From assembly GCA_963674745.2 (NCBI GenBank), contig CAXXDV010000003.1:1088001-1152000 (forward strand): a stretch of 64,000 nt of DNA. The letters run 5' to 3'. Positions 1 through 10,607 of this stretch are shown here, in pieces (position 1 is the stretch's first letter; the number at the start of each line of letters is the position of its first letter). Both the position numbers and the translations under genes were made by a program. Below the pieces are notes generated by a model, which saw only the letters and a program-made list of their open reading frames with translations, was not told the origin of the DNA and did not search any database. This stretch comes from Desulfosudaceae bacterium. GTDB taxonomy: Bacteria > Desulfobacterota > Desulfobacteria > Desulfobacterales > Desulfosudaceae.

Positions 1-1
1 C

Positions 2-1783
2 CGGGAGGACCTGATCGATTATCTTTATGGTGACCGTACCCTTGAAAAAAGCCATGGCGGTAATATGCGTAATCGTGATTCCCGCCTGGGTGACATCGTC
101 CATTCGGCCCCCTTTCACGACGGCTCCACGAATACCATTTATGTCGGTGCCAATGACGGTATGTTCCATGCCTTTACCTCCACGTCAGCCGGCGGAGGAG
201 TTGAACGGTTCGCCTATATACCGAGTTATGTGTACGAAAACCTTTATACCCTTGCCGATCCGCTTTACGAGCACCGGTATTATGTCGATGCGACGCCCTA
301 TGTCCAGGATGTCGGTAACACAAAACTCCTGGTCTGCGGTCTGGGCGCCGGTGGTAAGGGATATTTTGGTCTTGACGTAACTGACCCGGCAACCTTTTCG
401 GCCAGTGATGTGTTGTGGGAAGTCCCGGCCAGCGCGAATGCCGGCGATATGGGATATTCTTTTGCTAAACCGGTCATCGTGCCCCATAAGTATAATAGCG
501 ATGGTGATTTGGAATACCTGGTGATTTTCGGTAACGGGTACGACAGTGACAGCGGCAAAGCCGTGCTGTATGCGCTTACTGTGGATACCAACGGTGTCGT
601 TACGGACACAACGGTCATTGATACAAAGGTCGGCACCCAGTCATCTACTCCGGATATTAAGACCGGTTGCAACGGTCTTTCCAGCCCCCTGGCCACGGAC
701 GTTGATTTTGACAACAGCCTTGACTTTATTTATGCCGGGGACCTCCAGGGGAACCTCTGGAAGTTCGACTTTAGAGGATACACAAAAAATACCTGGAAGG
801 TCTTTTATGGTACAGACCTGAATCCCAAGCCATTGGTCCGGGCGGTATCGGTTTATGATCCGGATGATTATAATGAAGGCACAGGAAAAGATAAAACCAA
901 TGTCATCGTTCCCCAGCCGATTACAGCCAAACCCGGTGCCATGAGTCACTGTCTGCCCAATCGTTCCGGGTACATCATCGTATTCGGTACAGGCCAGTTC
1001 TTTGGAAACGACGATTTCACAGATACCTCGGTGCAGTCTGTTTACGGCGTCTGGGATTGGGCTGAAGAACTGGTAGACGGTAATGTGGCCGACCCGTGGA
1101 ACCATCCTCTCGGCACGCTGTTACGGAACGGGGACCATGCTGATATGTATGCCACCATCAAGGACGCGGATGATTCGGTACTTTCTTTGGGCGGAACCTC
1201 TCCGGTCACCTTTGCCATGCTGGGTCAGAGTACCGGCGCCGATCAGATTATCGATGGCTCTGTTTACAGCGAAACCAGTTCAAACCAGCTGTTTGACAGG
1301 TATCAGGACCCTGACGGTATCCCCGGCAACGCTGACGACCAGCGGGCCTGGTTTGACGCTGATCGGTGGGAAGCTCAGGGCGCAAATTATGAGGGCACCC
1401 GATATGTCGGCTGGTATTATGACCTGCCGAACAGCGGAGAGCGGATAATCGCCGACACGACCATCCGTGCCGGTCTGGCCATCATGATTTCGCTGGATCC
1501 GTCTCCGACGCCCTGCCGGCCCGGTGGGAACTCCTTGCTGACATTCCTGACGGCCTGTGACGGCAGTAAGCCGGACGAGAAGGTCCTGAATACGACTGAT
1601 GATAATATTCTTGACGATGCCGACGAAGATGTAAACCGGAAAGAGCTGTCGGATATTTTCTATAAACCCGTCATTCTTGAAGATTATCTATACTTTAATG
1701 AGGAAGACCCTGAGGTCGGTCCCAGTGAGCGTCTCGGCGTGGCTTACTGGCGTTTCTTAAGAATGCTGCATCTAAATCCGTAA
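2..1783 (+). CDS. pilY1: Type IV pilus tip adhesin PilY1/PilC, C-terminal beta-propeller (5' partial)
   Basis: Frame is open from base 2. Motifs LGDIVHS, YVGANDGMFHAF, YYVDATP, GNGYDS, Ca-binding-like DVDFDNSLD, YAGDLQGNLWKFD, FGTG and GWYYDLP. Confidence 0.9.
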   Translation, partial: REDLIDYLYGDRTLEKSHGGNMRNRDSRLGDIVHSAPFHDGSTNTIYVGANDGMFHAFTSTSAGGGVERFAYIPSYVYENLYTLADPLYEHRYYVDATPYVQDVGNTKLLVCGLGAGGKGYFGLDVTDPATFSASDVLWEVPASANAGDMGYSFAKPVIVPHKYNSDGDLEYLVIFGNGYDSDSGKAVLYALTVDTNGVVTDTTVIDTKVGTQSSTPDIKTGCNGLSSPLATDVDFDNSLDFIYAGDLQGNLWKFDFRGYTKNTWKVFYGTDLNPKPLVRAVSVYDPDDYNEGTGKDKTNVIVPQPITAKPGAMSHCLPNRSGYIIVFGTGQFFGNDDFTDTSVQSVYGVWDWAEELVDGNVADPWNHPLGTLLRNGDHADMYATIKDADDSVLSLGGTSPVTFAMLGQSTGADQIIDGSVYSETSSNQLFDRYQDPDGIPGNADDQRAWFDADRWEAQGANYEGTRYVGWYYDLPNSGERIIADTTIRAGLAIMISLDPSPTPCRPGGNSLLTFLTACDGSKPDEKVLNTTDDNILDDADEDVNRKELSDIFYKPVILEDYLYFNEEDPEVGPSERLGVAYWRFLRMLHLNP

Positions 1784-1837
1784 GTACGGGTTAAAGCGAT
1801 GCGGTCGACAGAAATTGTCTGGTATAAAGGAGTGATC

Positions 1838-2173
1838 ATGAAAAAATACCTGCTGATGATAGGGATCCTGGTCTTGATGATGGTGCCGATGGTGTTGCCG
1901 GCAGCGGATTCCACGGCCACGGATCCGTTGATGGGTGCCGCTGAACTGGGCACCCGGGAAAACCCTGAACTGGTATGGAAGTCCGGTAAAATTAACCGCG
2001 TTGACGAAATCGGAATGACCATCGATGACGTTTTTTACGAATTTAACCCGGACACAACGTTTTATAGCACTTCGGGAATAAAGATAACATCCTCGAATTT
2101 CTTTCCCGGAACGTCTGTAAAAATTGTACTGAAAAATGATATGAAGACCGTTGTTTCGGTGGTAAAACAATAA
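1838..2173 (+). CDS. Small exported protein downstream of pilY1 (PilY2-like position)
   Basis: RBS AAGGAG before ATG 1838; signal peptide MKKYLLMIGILVLMMVPMVLPA; beta-rich body. Confidence 0.65.
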   Translation: MKKYLLMIGILVLMMVPMVLPAADSTATDPLMGAAELGTRENPELVWKSGKINRVDEIGMTIDDVFYEFNPDTTFYSTSGIKITSSNFFPGTSVKIVLKNDMKTVVSVVKQ

Positions 2174-2193
2174 TAGCGAATTTTTTCGTCACC

Positions 2194-2230
2194 ACAGCCC
2201 GGTCGTTCTTTGGGAAAACGGCCGGGCTGT
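2194..2230. terminator. Probable bidirectional terminator between convergent genes
   Basis: Hairpin acagcccggtcgtt...aacggccgggctgt between the pil genes and ahbD. Confidence 0.55.
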
Positions 2231-2257
2231 TGACGTTTGATCGCGGAGGGCGGGCGC

Positions 2258-3346
2258 TCATCCCGTCCGGGACGGCTGGTAAGCACAGAGGGGTTCTTCT
2301 TCCAGAAAGTCACCGGTATTTTCATATGCCCGGGCCCGGCAGCCGCCACAGACATTCTTGAACTCACATTTACCGCATTTTCCCTTCAAGTTGTCAAAAT
2401 CCCTCAGTTTCAGGAATATGTCGGAATGGTTCCAGATGGTGTTAAAGGAATCCTGTCTAACGTCACCGCAGTTTAATTCCAGAAAACCGCACGGCTGGAC
2501 AATGCCGACATGGGAGATAAAGCAGAAAGCCGTTCCCCCCAGGCAGCCCCGGGTGACGGCGTCAAGGCCGTGGGTCTGAAAATTGACGGCCACCCCGTCC
2601 TGTCTGGCGCGCTGGCGGAGAATCCGGTAATACTGGGGGGCGCAGGTCGCTTTTAACTGCAAATCGGTTGTTTTTTTGCGGTCATAAAACCAGTTCAGGG
2701 TTTTTTCATAATCTTCGGCGGTAATCGCCTGGTCGGCCATGTCTTTTCCCCGGCCGGTGGGCACCAGCAGGAAAATATGGTGGGCCACGGCACCGATCTC
2801 TTCGGCCAGTTCCAGGATCTGCGGAATTTCATCCATGTTATTGCGGGTAATGGTGGTATTCAGCTGGAACTCGATACCGGCTTCGGCGGCCAGCCTGGCG
2901 CCGTTGAGGGCGCCTTCATAGGCCCCGGAAACGCCCCGGAAACGATCGTGACTTTCGCCGGTGGCACCGTCAATACTGATGCTGATCCGCTGAATGCCGG
3001 CATCTTTCATCTGCCGGGCGGTAGATTCGGTAATGAGCGTGCCGTTCGGGGCCATAACCATGCGCAGGCCCTTGTCCGTTCCGTATCTGGCAATGGTGAA
3101 GATGTCTTCCCGCATCAGGGGCTCGCCGCCCGTTAAAATAACAATGGGTGACCCGGTTTCGGCGATCTGGTCGACCAGCCGCAGGCTGGCGTCCGTGTCC
3201 AGTTCACCGGTAAAGACTTCGCCGCGTCCGGCCGATGCCCGGCAGTGCAGGCAGGAAAGGTTGCAGTTGCGGGTGGTCTCCCAGGCCACCAGCCTTAAAT
3301 CTGACGCCCCGGGTTTTCCCGGTTTATGGCCCGGATGAGCACTCAT
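2258..3346 (-). CDS. ahbD: Heme b synthase, radical SAM/SPASM
   Basis: LRLVAWETTRNCNLSCLHC (CxxxCxxC), KATCAPQYYR, SPASM cysteines; in an operon with hemB and ahbC. Confidence 0.9.
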   Translation of the reverse strand: MSAHPGHKPGKPGASDLRLVAWETTRNCNLSCLHCRASAGRGEVFTGELDTDASLRLVDQIAETGSPIVILTGGEPLMREDIFTIARYGTDKGLRMVMAPNGTLITESTARQMKDAGIQRISISIDGATGESHDRFRGVSGAYEGALNGARLAAEAGIEFQLNTTITRNNMDEIPQILELAEEIGAVAHHIFLLVPTGRGKDMADQAITAEDYEKTLNWFYDRKKTTDLQLKATCAPQYYRILRQRARQDGVAVNFQTHGLDAVTRGCLGGTAFCFISHVGIVQPCGFLELNCGDVRQDSFNTIWNHSDIFLKLRDFDNLKGKCGKCEFKNVCGGCRARAYENTGDFLEEEPLCAYQPSRTG

Positions 3347-3349
3347 GGT

Positions 3350-4333
3350 TTACTGTCCTCCAGATAAAATAACGGCGGCCGCTTCTTTGGCAAAATAGGT
3401 CAGGATCATGTCTGCCCCGGCCCGTTTGATGGACAGCAGGCTTTCCATCATGACTTTATTGCCGTCAACCCAGCCCATTTTATCGGCGGCTTTGATCATG
3501 GCATATTCGCCGCTGACATTATAGGCGGCCACGGGCAGATCAAACTCCTCCCGGACCCGGTAAATAATATCCAGGTAGGGCAGGGCGGGTTTGACCATCA
3601 GGATATCGGCCCCTTCCTCGACATCCATGCCGGCTTCGCGGATGGCTTCTAAGGCATTGGCCGGATCCATCTGGTAGGTTTTTCTGTCCCCGAATTTGGG
3701 TGCCGAATGGGCGGCCTGACGGAACGGGCCGTAAAAGGCCGAGCAGTATTTGACCGCGTAAGACATGATGGGAATATCGGCATAACCGTTGTCATCCAGG
3801 GCCCCGCGGATTTCCGCCACCCGGCCGTCCATCATGTCGGACGGCGCCACCATGTCGGCCCCGGCTTTGGCGTGGGACAGGGCGGTTTTGGCGATCAGGT
3901 CGAGGCTGGCATCATTGTCGATAATGCCTTTTTCCACGATGCCGCAGTGGCCGTGGTCCGTGTACTGGCACAAACAGACGTCGGTAATGACCATCAGCTC
4001 CGGCACCTTGTTTTTCAGTTCTTTGACCGCTTTCTGGACAATGCCGTCTTTGGCGTAGGCGCCGGTGCCCAGGGCGTTTTTCTTGTCCGGCACACCGAAC
4101 AGCATGATGGCCGGGATGCCCAGTTCCACGGCGCTTTTGGCCTCTTTGACCAGGTTGTCAATGGAAAGCTGAAAATGGCCGGGCATGGCCTCGATGGCGT
4201 TTTTGACGTTTTTACCGCCGATGGCAAACAGCGGCAGAATGAGGTCGTCCGTGGAAAGCGTGGTCTCCCGGATCATCCGGCGGAATGCCGCGTTCTGTCT
4301 CATGCGTCTGGGTCTATAATCCGGAAACAGCAT
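3350..4333 (-). CDS. hemB: Porphobilinogen synthase
   Basis: [44 protein letters not shown]. Confidence 0.97.
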   Translation of the reverse strand: MLFPDYRPRRMRQNAAFRRMIRETTLSTDDLILPLFAIGGKNVKNAIEAMPGHFQLSIDNLVKEAKSAVELGIPAIMLFGVPDKKNALGTGAYAKDGIVQKAVKELKNKVPELMVITDVCLCQYTDHGHCGIVEKGIIDNDASLDLIAKTALSHAKAGADMVAPSDMMDGRVAEIRGALDDNGYADIPIMSYAVKYCSAFYGPFRQAAHSAPKFGDRKTYQMDPANALEAIREAGMDVEEGADILMVKPALPYLDIIYRVREEFDLPVAAYNVSGEYAMIKAADKMGWVDGNKVMMESLLSIKRAGADMILTYFAKEAAAVILSGGQ

Positions 4334-4342
4334 TTATTCTCC

Positions 4343-5527
4343 TTATTTCAATCCAATTTCTTCATCCGTCAGGTAACAGGCCGGGTCAGGCGCCCAGAGA
4401 TCGCCGCTGAAGGCTTCGGCCCGCACCCGGAAATTCCCGGCACAGACATCGAGCCAGCGGCATTGGGCGCAGCGGCCCTTGACATGTTTGGCTTTTTCCT
4501 TGAGCTTACCCATCAGGGGCTCGCTGGTATCGTTCCAGATCTCGGAAAACGGCCGCTGCCGGACATTGCCGAAACTGTAATGCCGCCAGAACTGGTCGGC
4601 GTGGACGGTGCCGTCCCAGCTGACACAGCCGATTCCCCGTCCGGAACTGTTGCCCTCGTTCATTTTCAGCAGTTCCAGGACCTGTTCGGCCCGTTTCGGG
4701 TCTTCTTTTAAAAGCCGCAGGTAAATATAGGGACCGTCGGCATGGTTGTCCACGGTAAGGACTTCCTTGGGTTTGCCCCGGTCGTGCAGGTCTTTTGTCC
4801 GGTCAAGAATCAGGTCGATCACTTCACGTGTCCCTTCGCGGGTCAGGTCACTTTCAATCATGTCCGAACCCCGTCCGGCATACACCAGGTGGTAAAAACA
4901 GATCCGGGGGACATCGTGTTCCTCGACGATATCGAACATTTGCGCCACTTCATCGACATTGAACTTGTTGATGGTGAACCTGAGCCCGACCTTGATGCCG
5001 GCTTCACGGCAGTTTTTAATGCCCTGCATGGCATCGTCAAAGGCGCCCTCTACCCCGCGGAACTTGTCGTTGATTTCCCGGCCGCCGTCCAGGCTGATAC
5101 CGACATAGGACAACCCGATCTCTTTTAAGACCGCGGCTTTTTCTTTGTCAATCAGGGTGCCGTTGGTCGAGATGACGGCCCGCATGCCCTTTTCGATGGC
5201 ATAGGCCGCCAGTTCCGGCAGATCTTCGCGCATCAGCGGCTCACCGCCGGAGAAAAGCATCACCGGTGCTTTAAAGGCGGACAGGTCGTCGATCAGCTGT
5301 TTGCCTTCGGCCGTTGTCAGCTCGTTTTTGTCCGCTTGCGTTTTGGCGTGGGCGTAGCAGTGCCGGCATTTTAAGTTGCAGCGCTTGGTAATGTTCCAGA
5401 CCACTACCGGACGTTTGTCGATGGAAAACTGCAGCAAATGCGAGGGCAGATCTTCGGAACGCCGGCCGTAGCGCAGGGCGTCGGAAGGCTCGGTGGTGCC
5501 GCAATAAAGCTTGGAGATACCGATCAT
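4343..5527 (-). CDS. ahbC: 12,18-didecarboxysiroheme deacetylase (Fe-coproporphyrin III synthase), radical SAM
   Basis: MIGISKLYCG N-terminus, VVVWNITKRCNLKCRHC, LTVDNHADG, ADQFW; operon context. Confidence 0.92.
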   Translation of the reverse strand: MIGISKLYCGTTEPSDALRYGRRSEDLPSHLLQFSIDKRPVVVWNITKRCNLKCRHCYAHAKTQADKNELTTAEGKQLIDDLSAFKAPVMLFSGGEPLMREDLPELAAYAIEKGMRAVISTNGTLIDKEKAAVLKEIGLSYVGISLDGGREINDKFRGVEGAFDDAMQGIKNCREAGIKVGLRFTINKFNVDEVAQMFDIVEEHDVPRICFYHLVYAGRGSDMIESDLTREGTREVIDLILDRTKDLHDRGKPKEVLTVDNHADGPYIYLRLLKEDPKRAEQVLELLKMNEGNSSGRGIGCVSWDGTVHADQFWRHYSFGNVRQRPFSEIWNDTSEPLMGKLKEKAKHVKGRCAQCRWLDVCAGNFRVRAEAFSGDLWAPDPACYLTDEEIGLK

Positions 5528-5542
5528 GATAAAGCCATTCTG

Positions 5543-7321
5543 TTATGATTGTTGAAGTTCAGGAGGGCTGTCCCCGACGCCGAACGCTTTTTTGATCATC
5601 GAGTCAAGCCATGATTCGGGAAACATGATGGCCTGTTTGTTAACAGTGATAAGATCCATTTCGGCCTTATCAACCAGCAGCCTGAATCCGTCAATAAAAT
5701 TAGCGGCCATCTCATCGCATACCTGCTCAAAACTGTCAAAACCGCCCAGGATATACTGCTGGACGATATACGCCAGTGCGTCTTCGGTAATATTGATAAT
5801 GATGTCGTAGTTACTTAAAAAATAGTCCTCAATGTGTTTGGCCTCTTCAAAATAGGCCCTTACGGTTTCAAAAGCGTTATCTATATCCGTGATATTGTTC
5901 ATGTAGAACTCGGAAACAATGTCGATCCGTTCGGGTGTCAGCGTGAAACGATATTTTTTCGCCTGGGTGCGGCACTTGTCCCGGATATGGTCGGACAGGG
6001 ATATTTTATTCTGTCTCCGGATCTGTTCGCACCGGGTTTTCAGGTCCCGGGCATCGGCCGCCATAACCTGTTCGAGTTCCTGCTCGGGAGAAACAATCGT
6101 GGCTTCGTTGACCGGCAGGTAGTTGACCTCGCTTGTGGGCAGCCGGTTTTCAAAATGAATCAGGGCCCGTTCCACGGCGTTGACCAGTCCCCGGGCGCCG
6201 GTTTTTTCTTCAAAGGCATGTCTGGCCAGCATTTTCATGGCGCTGTCATCAAATTTAATGTCAATACCGTAAGCGGCAAAGTCCATTCTTTTGCTCAAGA
6301 TCACCGGATTGCTGGGGTTTTTGAGAATATCAAACAGGTCCTGTTCGGTCAGGTTTTCAAATATGGCCCGCACCGGCAGTCGTCCCACGAATTCGGCCTC
6401 AAACCCGTATTCTGTCAGGTCTTCGGCCTTGATGTGTTTAATGGCCTCATAGGGATCTTCTGTTGAATCGGTTAGTTGTGCGGAAAACCCGATGGATTGC
6501 CGGACAAGTCGCTTGTTGATGATCTCCTGCAGGCCGTTGAAGGATCCGCTCATGATAAACAGGATATTTTTGGTGTTTACCACGCGTTTTTCGCGTTTTC
6601 CGGTCCTGCGGAATGTTTCGACTTCCTGCATGATGGAAACCGGGTCATGGGGCACCTTCATTTCCACATCGATTTCTTCCATCAGGGTCAGCAGGGCCCT
6701 TTGCACACCGCTGCGGGAAACATCCAGCCCGATCAGGTTTTTGCTGGAGGCGATTTTATCGATTTCGTCTATATATACAATGCCATGCTGGGCCAGTTCA
6801 ATATCGTTGCCGGCCTCCCGCACCAGGTCCCTTACCATGTCTTCCACATCGCCGCCCACGTAACCGGTTTCACTGAATTTGGTGGCGTCGCCTTTGACAA
6901 AGGGAACGCCGATCTTCTGCGCGATCAGGCGGATCAAATAGGTTTTGCCGACACCGGTCGGCCCCAGCATAAGGATATTATTCTTGATGGCGCCGACGAT
7001 TTTTTCGTTACTATTCCAGAGATGATGGTGTTTGATGCGGTTGAAGTGGGTACAGATTTTGGTGGCCAGGATTTTTTTGGCACTGTCCTGTTTTATGATG
7101 AACTGATCCAGATAGGCGACCAGTTCTTCGGGTTTTAAATCAAAATTGATTCGCTCACTGATGGGTTTGGGCTTGCGGGGGTCCTCATCGCCTTTGTCCG
7201 GGTCAGGGATCACCACCGGGGTCACCAGTTTAACGTTGTCACCATACTTTTCCTGTAAAAATTCACCGATTTCCTTTTCAATCTTTTTCGGATCCGGCAT
7301 GTTTTCTTTTTTTATATTCAT
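5543..7321 (-). CDS. ClpX-like AAA+ ATPase without N-terminal zinc finger, with C-terminal extension
   Basis: Walker A GPTGVGKT, DATKFSETGYVGGDVE, Walker B IVYIDEIDK, DVSRSGVQ, IGF loop, EFVGRLP, TGARGL. Confidence 0.85.
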   Translation of the reverse strand: MNIKKENMPDPKKIEKEIGEFLQEKYGDNVKLVTPVVIPDPDKGDEDPRKPKPISERINFDLKPEELVAYLDQFIIKQDSAKKILATKICTHFNRIKHHHLWNSNEKIVGAIKNNILMLGPTGVGKTYLIRLIAQKIGVPFVKGDATKFSETGYVGGDVEDMVRDLVREAGNDIELAQHGIVYIDEIDKIASSKNLIGLDVSRSGVQRALLTLMEEIDVEMKVPHDPVSIMQEVETFRRTGKREKRVVNTKNILFIMSGSFNGLQEIINKRLVRQSIGFSAQLTDSTEDPYEAIKHIKAEDLTEYGFEAEFVGRLPVRAIFENLTEQDLFDILKNPSNPVILSKRMDFAAYGIDIKFDDSAMKMLARHAFEEKTGARGLVNAVERALIHFENRLPTSEVNYLPVNEATIVSPEQELEQVMAADARDLKTRCEQIRRQNKISLSDHIRDKCRTQAKKYRFTLTPERIDIVSEFYMNNITDIDNAFETVRAYFEEAKHIEDYFLSNYDIIINITEDALAYIVQQYILGGFDSFEQVCDEMAANFIDGFRLLVDKAEMDLITVNKQAIMFPESWLDSMIKKAFGVGDSPPELQQS

Positions 7322-7539
7322 AATTTCTTAATTATAACCATTCCCCGATGAAAATCAAGAAACCGCTCATGTCTTTTTGCCGGGCCAAAGTAGGGATGCT
7401 CGTGATTTTAGACGTTTATCATCAGATTCCGGAAAACAGCAGCCTGTTGCCGGACTCAAGGCATGAAAAAGTCTTCAGCGTTGACACAAATATTGTATAA
7501 GGATATAAAATAATAAGAAATAATCTATTCAATAGTTTA

Positions 7540-9132
7540 ATGATAAACAAATTCCATATGGCACTGCGGCAGTTTTTTCTGCTGGCAATCATGGCCATGA
7601 TTGCCCTGACCGCCACCGCCATGCCCTCCCGGGCCGAAAGGGAAGGGGTTATGGCCCCGGTCAAACCCGTGCCCGCAGAAATATCCGGGGGTGTTACAGG
7701 AGAAAACAACAGCCGGCCGGTCCGGTTGAAAATAATGCCCCAACAGACCCGGCAGGCGGATATTTTGTCTTTTGCCGGGCCTGTGGTGGTAACGGTTCTG
7801 GATGCTGACGGCAATCCCGTATTCGGTGTGGACGTTTTTTTTACCCCCTCGCTTGAGAATGCCGACTGCAGCGCACCGGATGCCGTTAACAAGGGGCTGA
7901 AGTTTATGGCGCCCGATGACCCCTGCCTGGCAAATGGCTGCCCGGTATACGACCGGTGCGGATCAGGCGAAGTATGTCACCGCCGGACGGACGACAAAGG
8001 CAGGTCCATGGTTTATGTCATTCTGGGCGGTGTGCCCGGTGCGGATTACATGGTCACGGCCGGGTTTACCGGTCAGGACGGGACTCCGGTGACCCGAACG
8101 GCCCGGTTTCATTCAACCGATGTGGCCCGCTGGGTCTGCCTTGACGATACCAGCCCCGGCGGCCATCTGGTGGTGTTTGAGCTGTTTCCTGAGTTCGGCC
8201 CGTATTGCGGCGTACCGGGCGACACCATCGATCTTCGGGCCCATCTGAGGCTGATCATCGAGCAGGAAAAAGAACATGTCATTACCTGTGACTATGGAAA
8301 AAAATGTCCCCACATTTACGGCATCAAAAAATTCACCACAAATTTGAATTATGACGAGGCGCGCCAGGTGTCCTTTGACGCCGACGTGGTCTTTAATCAC
8401 CAGCCCGATCAGGATGTCCGCACAGGTAACGTCTATACCTGCCGGCATACGATTTTACCCGGCGTCAACACCATACCCGTGACGTTTACCGCTACCGTGA
8501 GCCGGGATGTCACGTTTACACCCTGTGAAACCTGCAAGATAACCCGGATGCGAAAAACCGTTAAGGGCGAAGATATCATAACGGTTTACGGTGTCGGCAC
8601 CGGGTTTGTCGACGATCAGGGCGCGGGCATAAGCGAGATGAACGTCCCGGTGAATGAAAATTATCTGGCTGAACAGGAGGCAGGCCTGATCGTTCAAGTC
8701 ACTCCGGCCGAATATACACCAACCAACTGCACGGTCGTCATTTACAAGGACAGCGAACCCGTCAGCCGTATTCCGGTGGATATCATAGACGGCCGGGGCA
8801 GGGCGGCAATCGAGCCAGGCTTTGCCTTTGAGCAAACCGCCGCGTACACGGCCGGTATCTACGTCGACAACGGTATCCAAAATTCATGGCACCTGGAAAC
8901 ACCGGCCGACAAACGGCTGACCATAAAACCGTTCCGGCCCGATCCCGAACCCTGTAACGACGGACCGGCCGCAGATGTTGTAGGGGCAGGCCCCCGTGCC
9001 TGCCCGGCAGAAGGGCAACCACAGGGGGTTGCCCCTACCGGAGAGATGCCGTACGATCGTCGGGTGCTGCAGGTTGTGTCGCAATCCTTTATTTGGAAAA
9101 AACATAACGAAAATGGGTGCCACGGCCCGTAG
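7540..9132 (+). CDS. Secreted Cys-rich protein with Ig-like (Big_1-type) segment; 3' end runs into REP DNA, possibly truncated
   Basis: Signal peptide; VVVTVLDADGNPVFGVDVFF...TDDKG pattern; the C-terminus contains translated REP (VGAGPRACP...QGVAPT). Confidence 0.6.
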   Translation: MINKFHMALRQFFLLAIMAMIALTATAMPSRAEREGVMAPVKPVPAEISGGVTGENNSRPVRLKIMPQQTRQADILSFAGPVVVTVLDADGNPVFGVDVFFTPSLENADCSAPDAVNKGLKFMAPDDPCLANGCPVYDRCGSGEVCHRRTDDKGRSMVYVILGGVPGADYMVTAGFTGQDGTPVTRTARFHSTDVARWVCLDDTSPGGHLVVFELFPEFGPYCGVPGDTIDLRAHLRLIIEQEKEHVITCDYGKKCPHIYGIKKFTTNLNYDEARQVSFDADVVFNHQPDQDVRTGNVYTCRHTILPGVNTIPVTFTATVSRDVTFTPCETCKITRMRKTVKGEDIITVYGVGTGFVDDQGAGISEMNVPVNENYLAEQEAGLIVQVTPAEYTPTNCTVVIYKDSEPVSRIPVDIIDGRGRAAIEPGFAFEQTAAYTAGIYVDNGIQNSWHLETPADKRLTIKPFRPDPEPCNDGPAADVVGAGPRACPAEGQPQGVAPTGEMPYDRRVLQVVSQSFIWKKHNENGCHGP

Positions 9133-9271
9133 GGGCGACCGGCGGGTCGCCCGCGTGCAAGGGCGACCCGCCGGTCGCCCCTACACCCGTGGCACCCGTT
9201 AAAGAAATACCCACATGGCCGGGATGGTGAAATGACCGGGCCGACACATCAGGACAGAAAAGGAGAAACAC

Positions 9272-10255
9272 ATGTCCCGGGGAAGACAGATGACGCGCCA
9301 GTGGCGCATTCTTCAGAAACTGGCGGCCAGCCCGCTGGGCGCCACCATTGATGAAATGGCCGACGAGATGGACTGCTGCCGCAGGACCCTGTACCGCGAC
9401 CTGGACGCGCTGCAGGAAGCGGGCTTTCCCGTGTACAATCCCGGTACCAGCGGCCGCAAGAACTGCTGGGCCCTTTTGTCCACAGAGCGCATGGGCCTGC
9501 CGTTTCCCCTGGAACTGCCGGAACTCATGGCCCTTTACCTGGGCCGGGATGTGCTCAAGATATTAAAAGACACCTTTATTTATGACAACCTGGACACCCT
9601 GTTTAAAAAGATCCAGGCCATTCTGCCGACCGAAGCCATGGACTTTTTAAAAGAGATGGAAAACACGCTTTACGTCAGGCAGCGGCCGTCCAAGCATTAC
9701 AAAAAAAGCCTGACCGGCCTGTTCGACGCCATCAACCAGGCCATTGCCGATCGCCGTGTCATGGATATTACCTATTTTACCATGAGCCGGGGCAAGTCTA
9801 CTCAGCGGCAGATCGATCCCTACAGCCTGTGGTACTTTGACGGCAGTTTCTATCTGCTCGGCAATTGCCACCTGAGAAACGAGGTCCGGGTGTTTGCCGT
9901 TGACCGCATGGAAGACTATCAACTTTGCCCGGAAACCTTTGAGCGGCCGGCCGATTTTTCCGGCCGGGAATTCATGCGCACCAGTTTCGGCGCTTTCCAG
10001 GGAAAGCCCACCCGGGTGAAAATCCGGTTTTCCCCGCAGGTGGCCGGTTATGTCAAAGAAAAGGAGTGGCATGAATCCCAGGTGTTGTCCGAAAACCGCG
10101 ACGGTTCGGTGGAGCTGGAAATGGAAGTGGCCGGCACCCGTGAGATCAAGCTCTGGGTCATGGGCTGGGGCGCCCAGGCCGTGGTGCTGGAGCCCGAGAG
10201 CCTGAGAAAAGAGATTCGGGACGAGATTAAAGCCATGCAGGGGCAATACAAGTGA
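9272..10255 (+). CDS. HTH-WYL-WCX transcriptional regulator (YafY/PafC/DriD-like)
   Basis: wHTH RRTLYRDLDAL; WYL region RQIDPYSLWYFDGSFYLLGNCHLRNEVRVFAVDRM; WCX EIKLWVMGWGAQAVVLEPESLR; RBS AAGGAG. Confidence 0.92.
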   Translation: MSRGRQMTRQWRILQKLAASPLGATIDEMADEMDCCRRTLYRDLDALQEAGFPVYNPGTSGRKNCWALLSTERMGLPFPLELPELMALYLGRDVLKILKDTFIYDNLDTLFKKIQAILPTEAMDFLKEMENTLYVRQRPSKHYKKSLTGLFDAINQAIADRRVMDITYFTMSRGKSTQRQIDPYSLWYFDGSFYLLGNCHLRNEVRVFAVDRMEDYQLCPETFERPADFSGREFMRTSFGAFQGKPTRVKIRFSPQVAGYVKEKEWHESQVLSENRDGSVELEMEVAGTREIKLWVMGWGAQAVVLEPESLRKEIRDEIKAMQGQYK

Positions 10256-10515
10256 TTAGGTGGTTATGTGTTTAAGTGGTTAAGGGGACGGGGTTCGAGG
10301 GGTGGCACGGGCGTAGGGGCGACCGGCGGGTCGCCCTCGCACAAGGGCGACCCGCCGGTCGCCCCTACGGGCCTTGGAGAGCGTTCATTAGTGTTGTAGG
10401 GGCAGGCCCCCGTGCCTGCCCGGCAAAAGGGCAACCACAGGGGGTTGCCCCTACGAGGCCTGAGATAAAAGGACAACCATAGAAGGATGTCCCTATTAAT
10501 ACTGAAAGCCATATA

Positions 10516-10607
10516 CCACCTAACCACATAATCACCTAACCACATAATCACTTAACCACATAATCACTTAACCACATAATTCTAAAACTCTAAAACTCTA
10601 AAACCCC
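10516..10607. repeat. Octamer tandem repeats TAA(C/T)CAC(A/T/C) followed by TAAAACTC
   Basis: taaccacataatcact repeated, then taaaactc repeated. Confidence 0.85.

Noticed and set aside
3707..4711. Long antisense or alternative-frame ORFs (e.g. 3707-4711, 18853-19647, 20586-21422, 32605-33381, 46638-47357)
   Set aside because: They shadow well-supported genes in GC-rich coding DNA and show no motifs.
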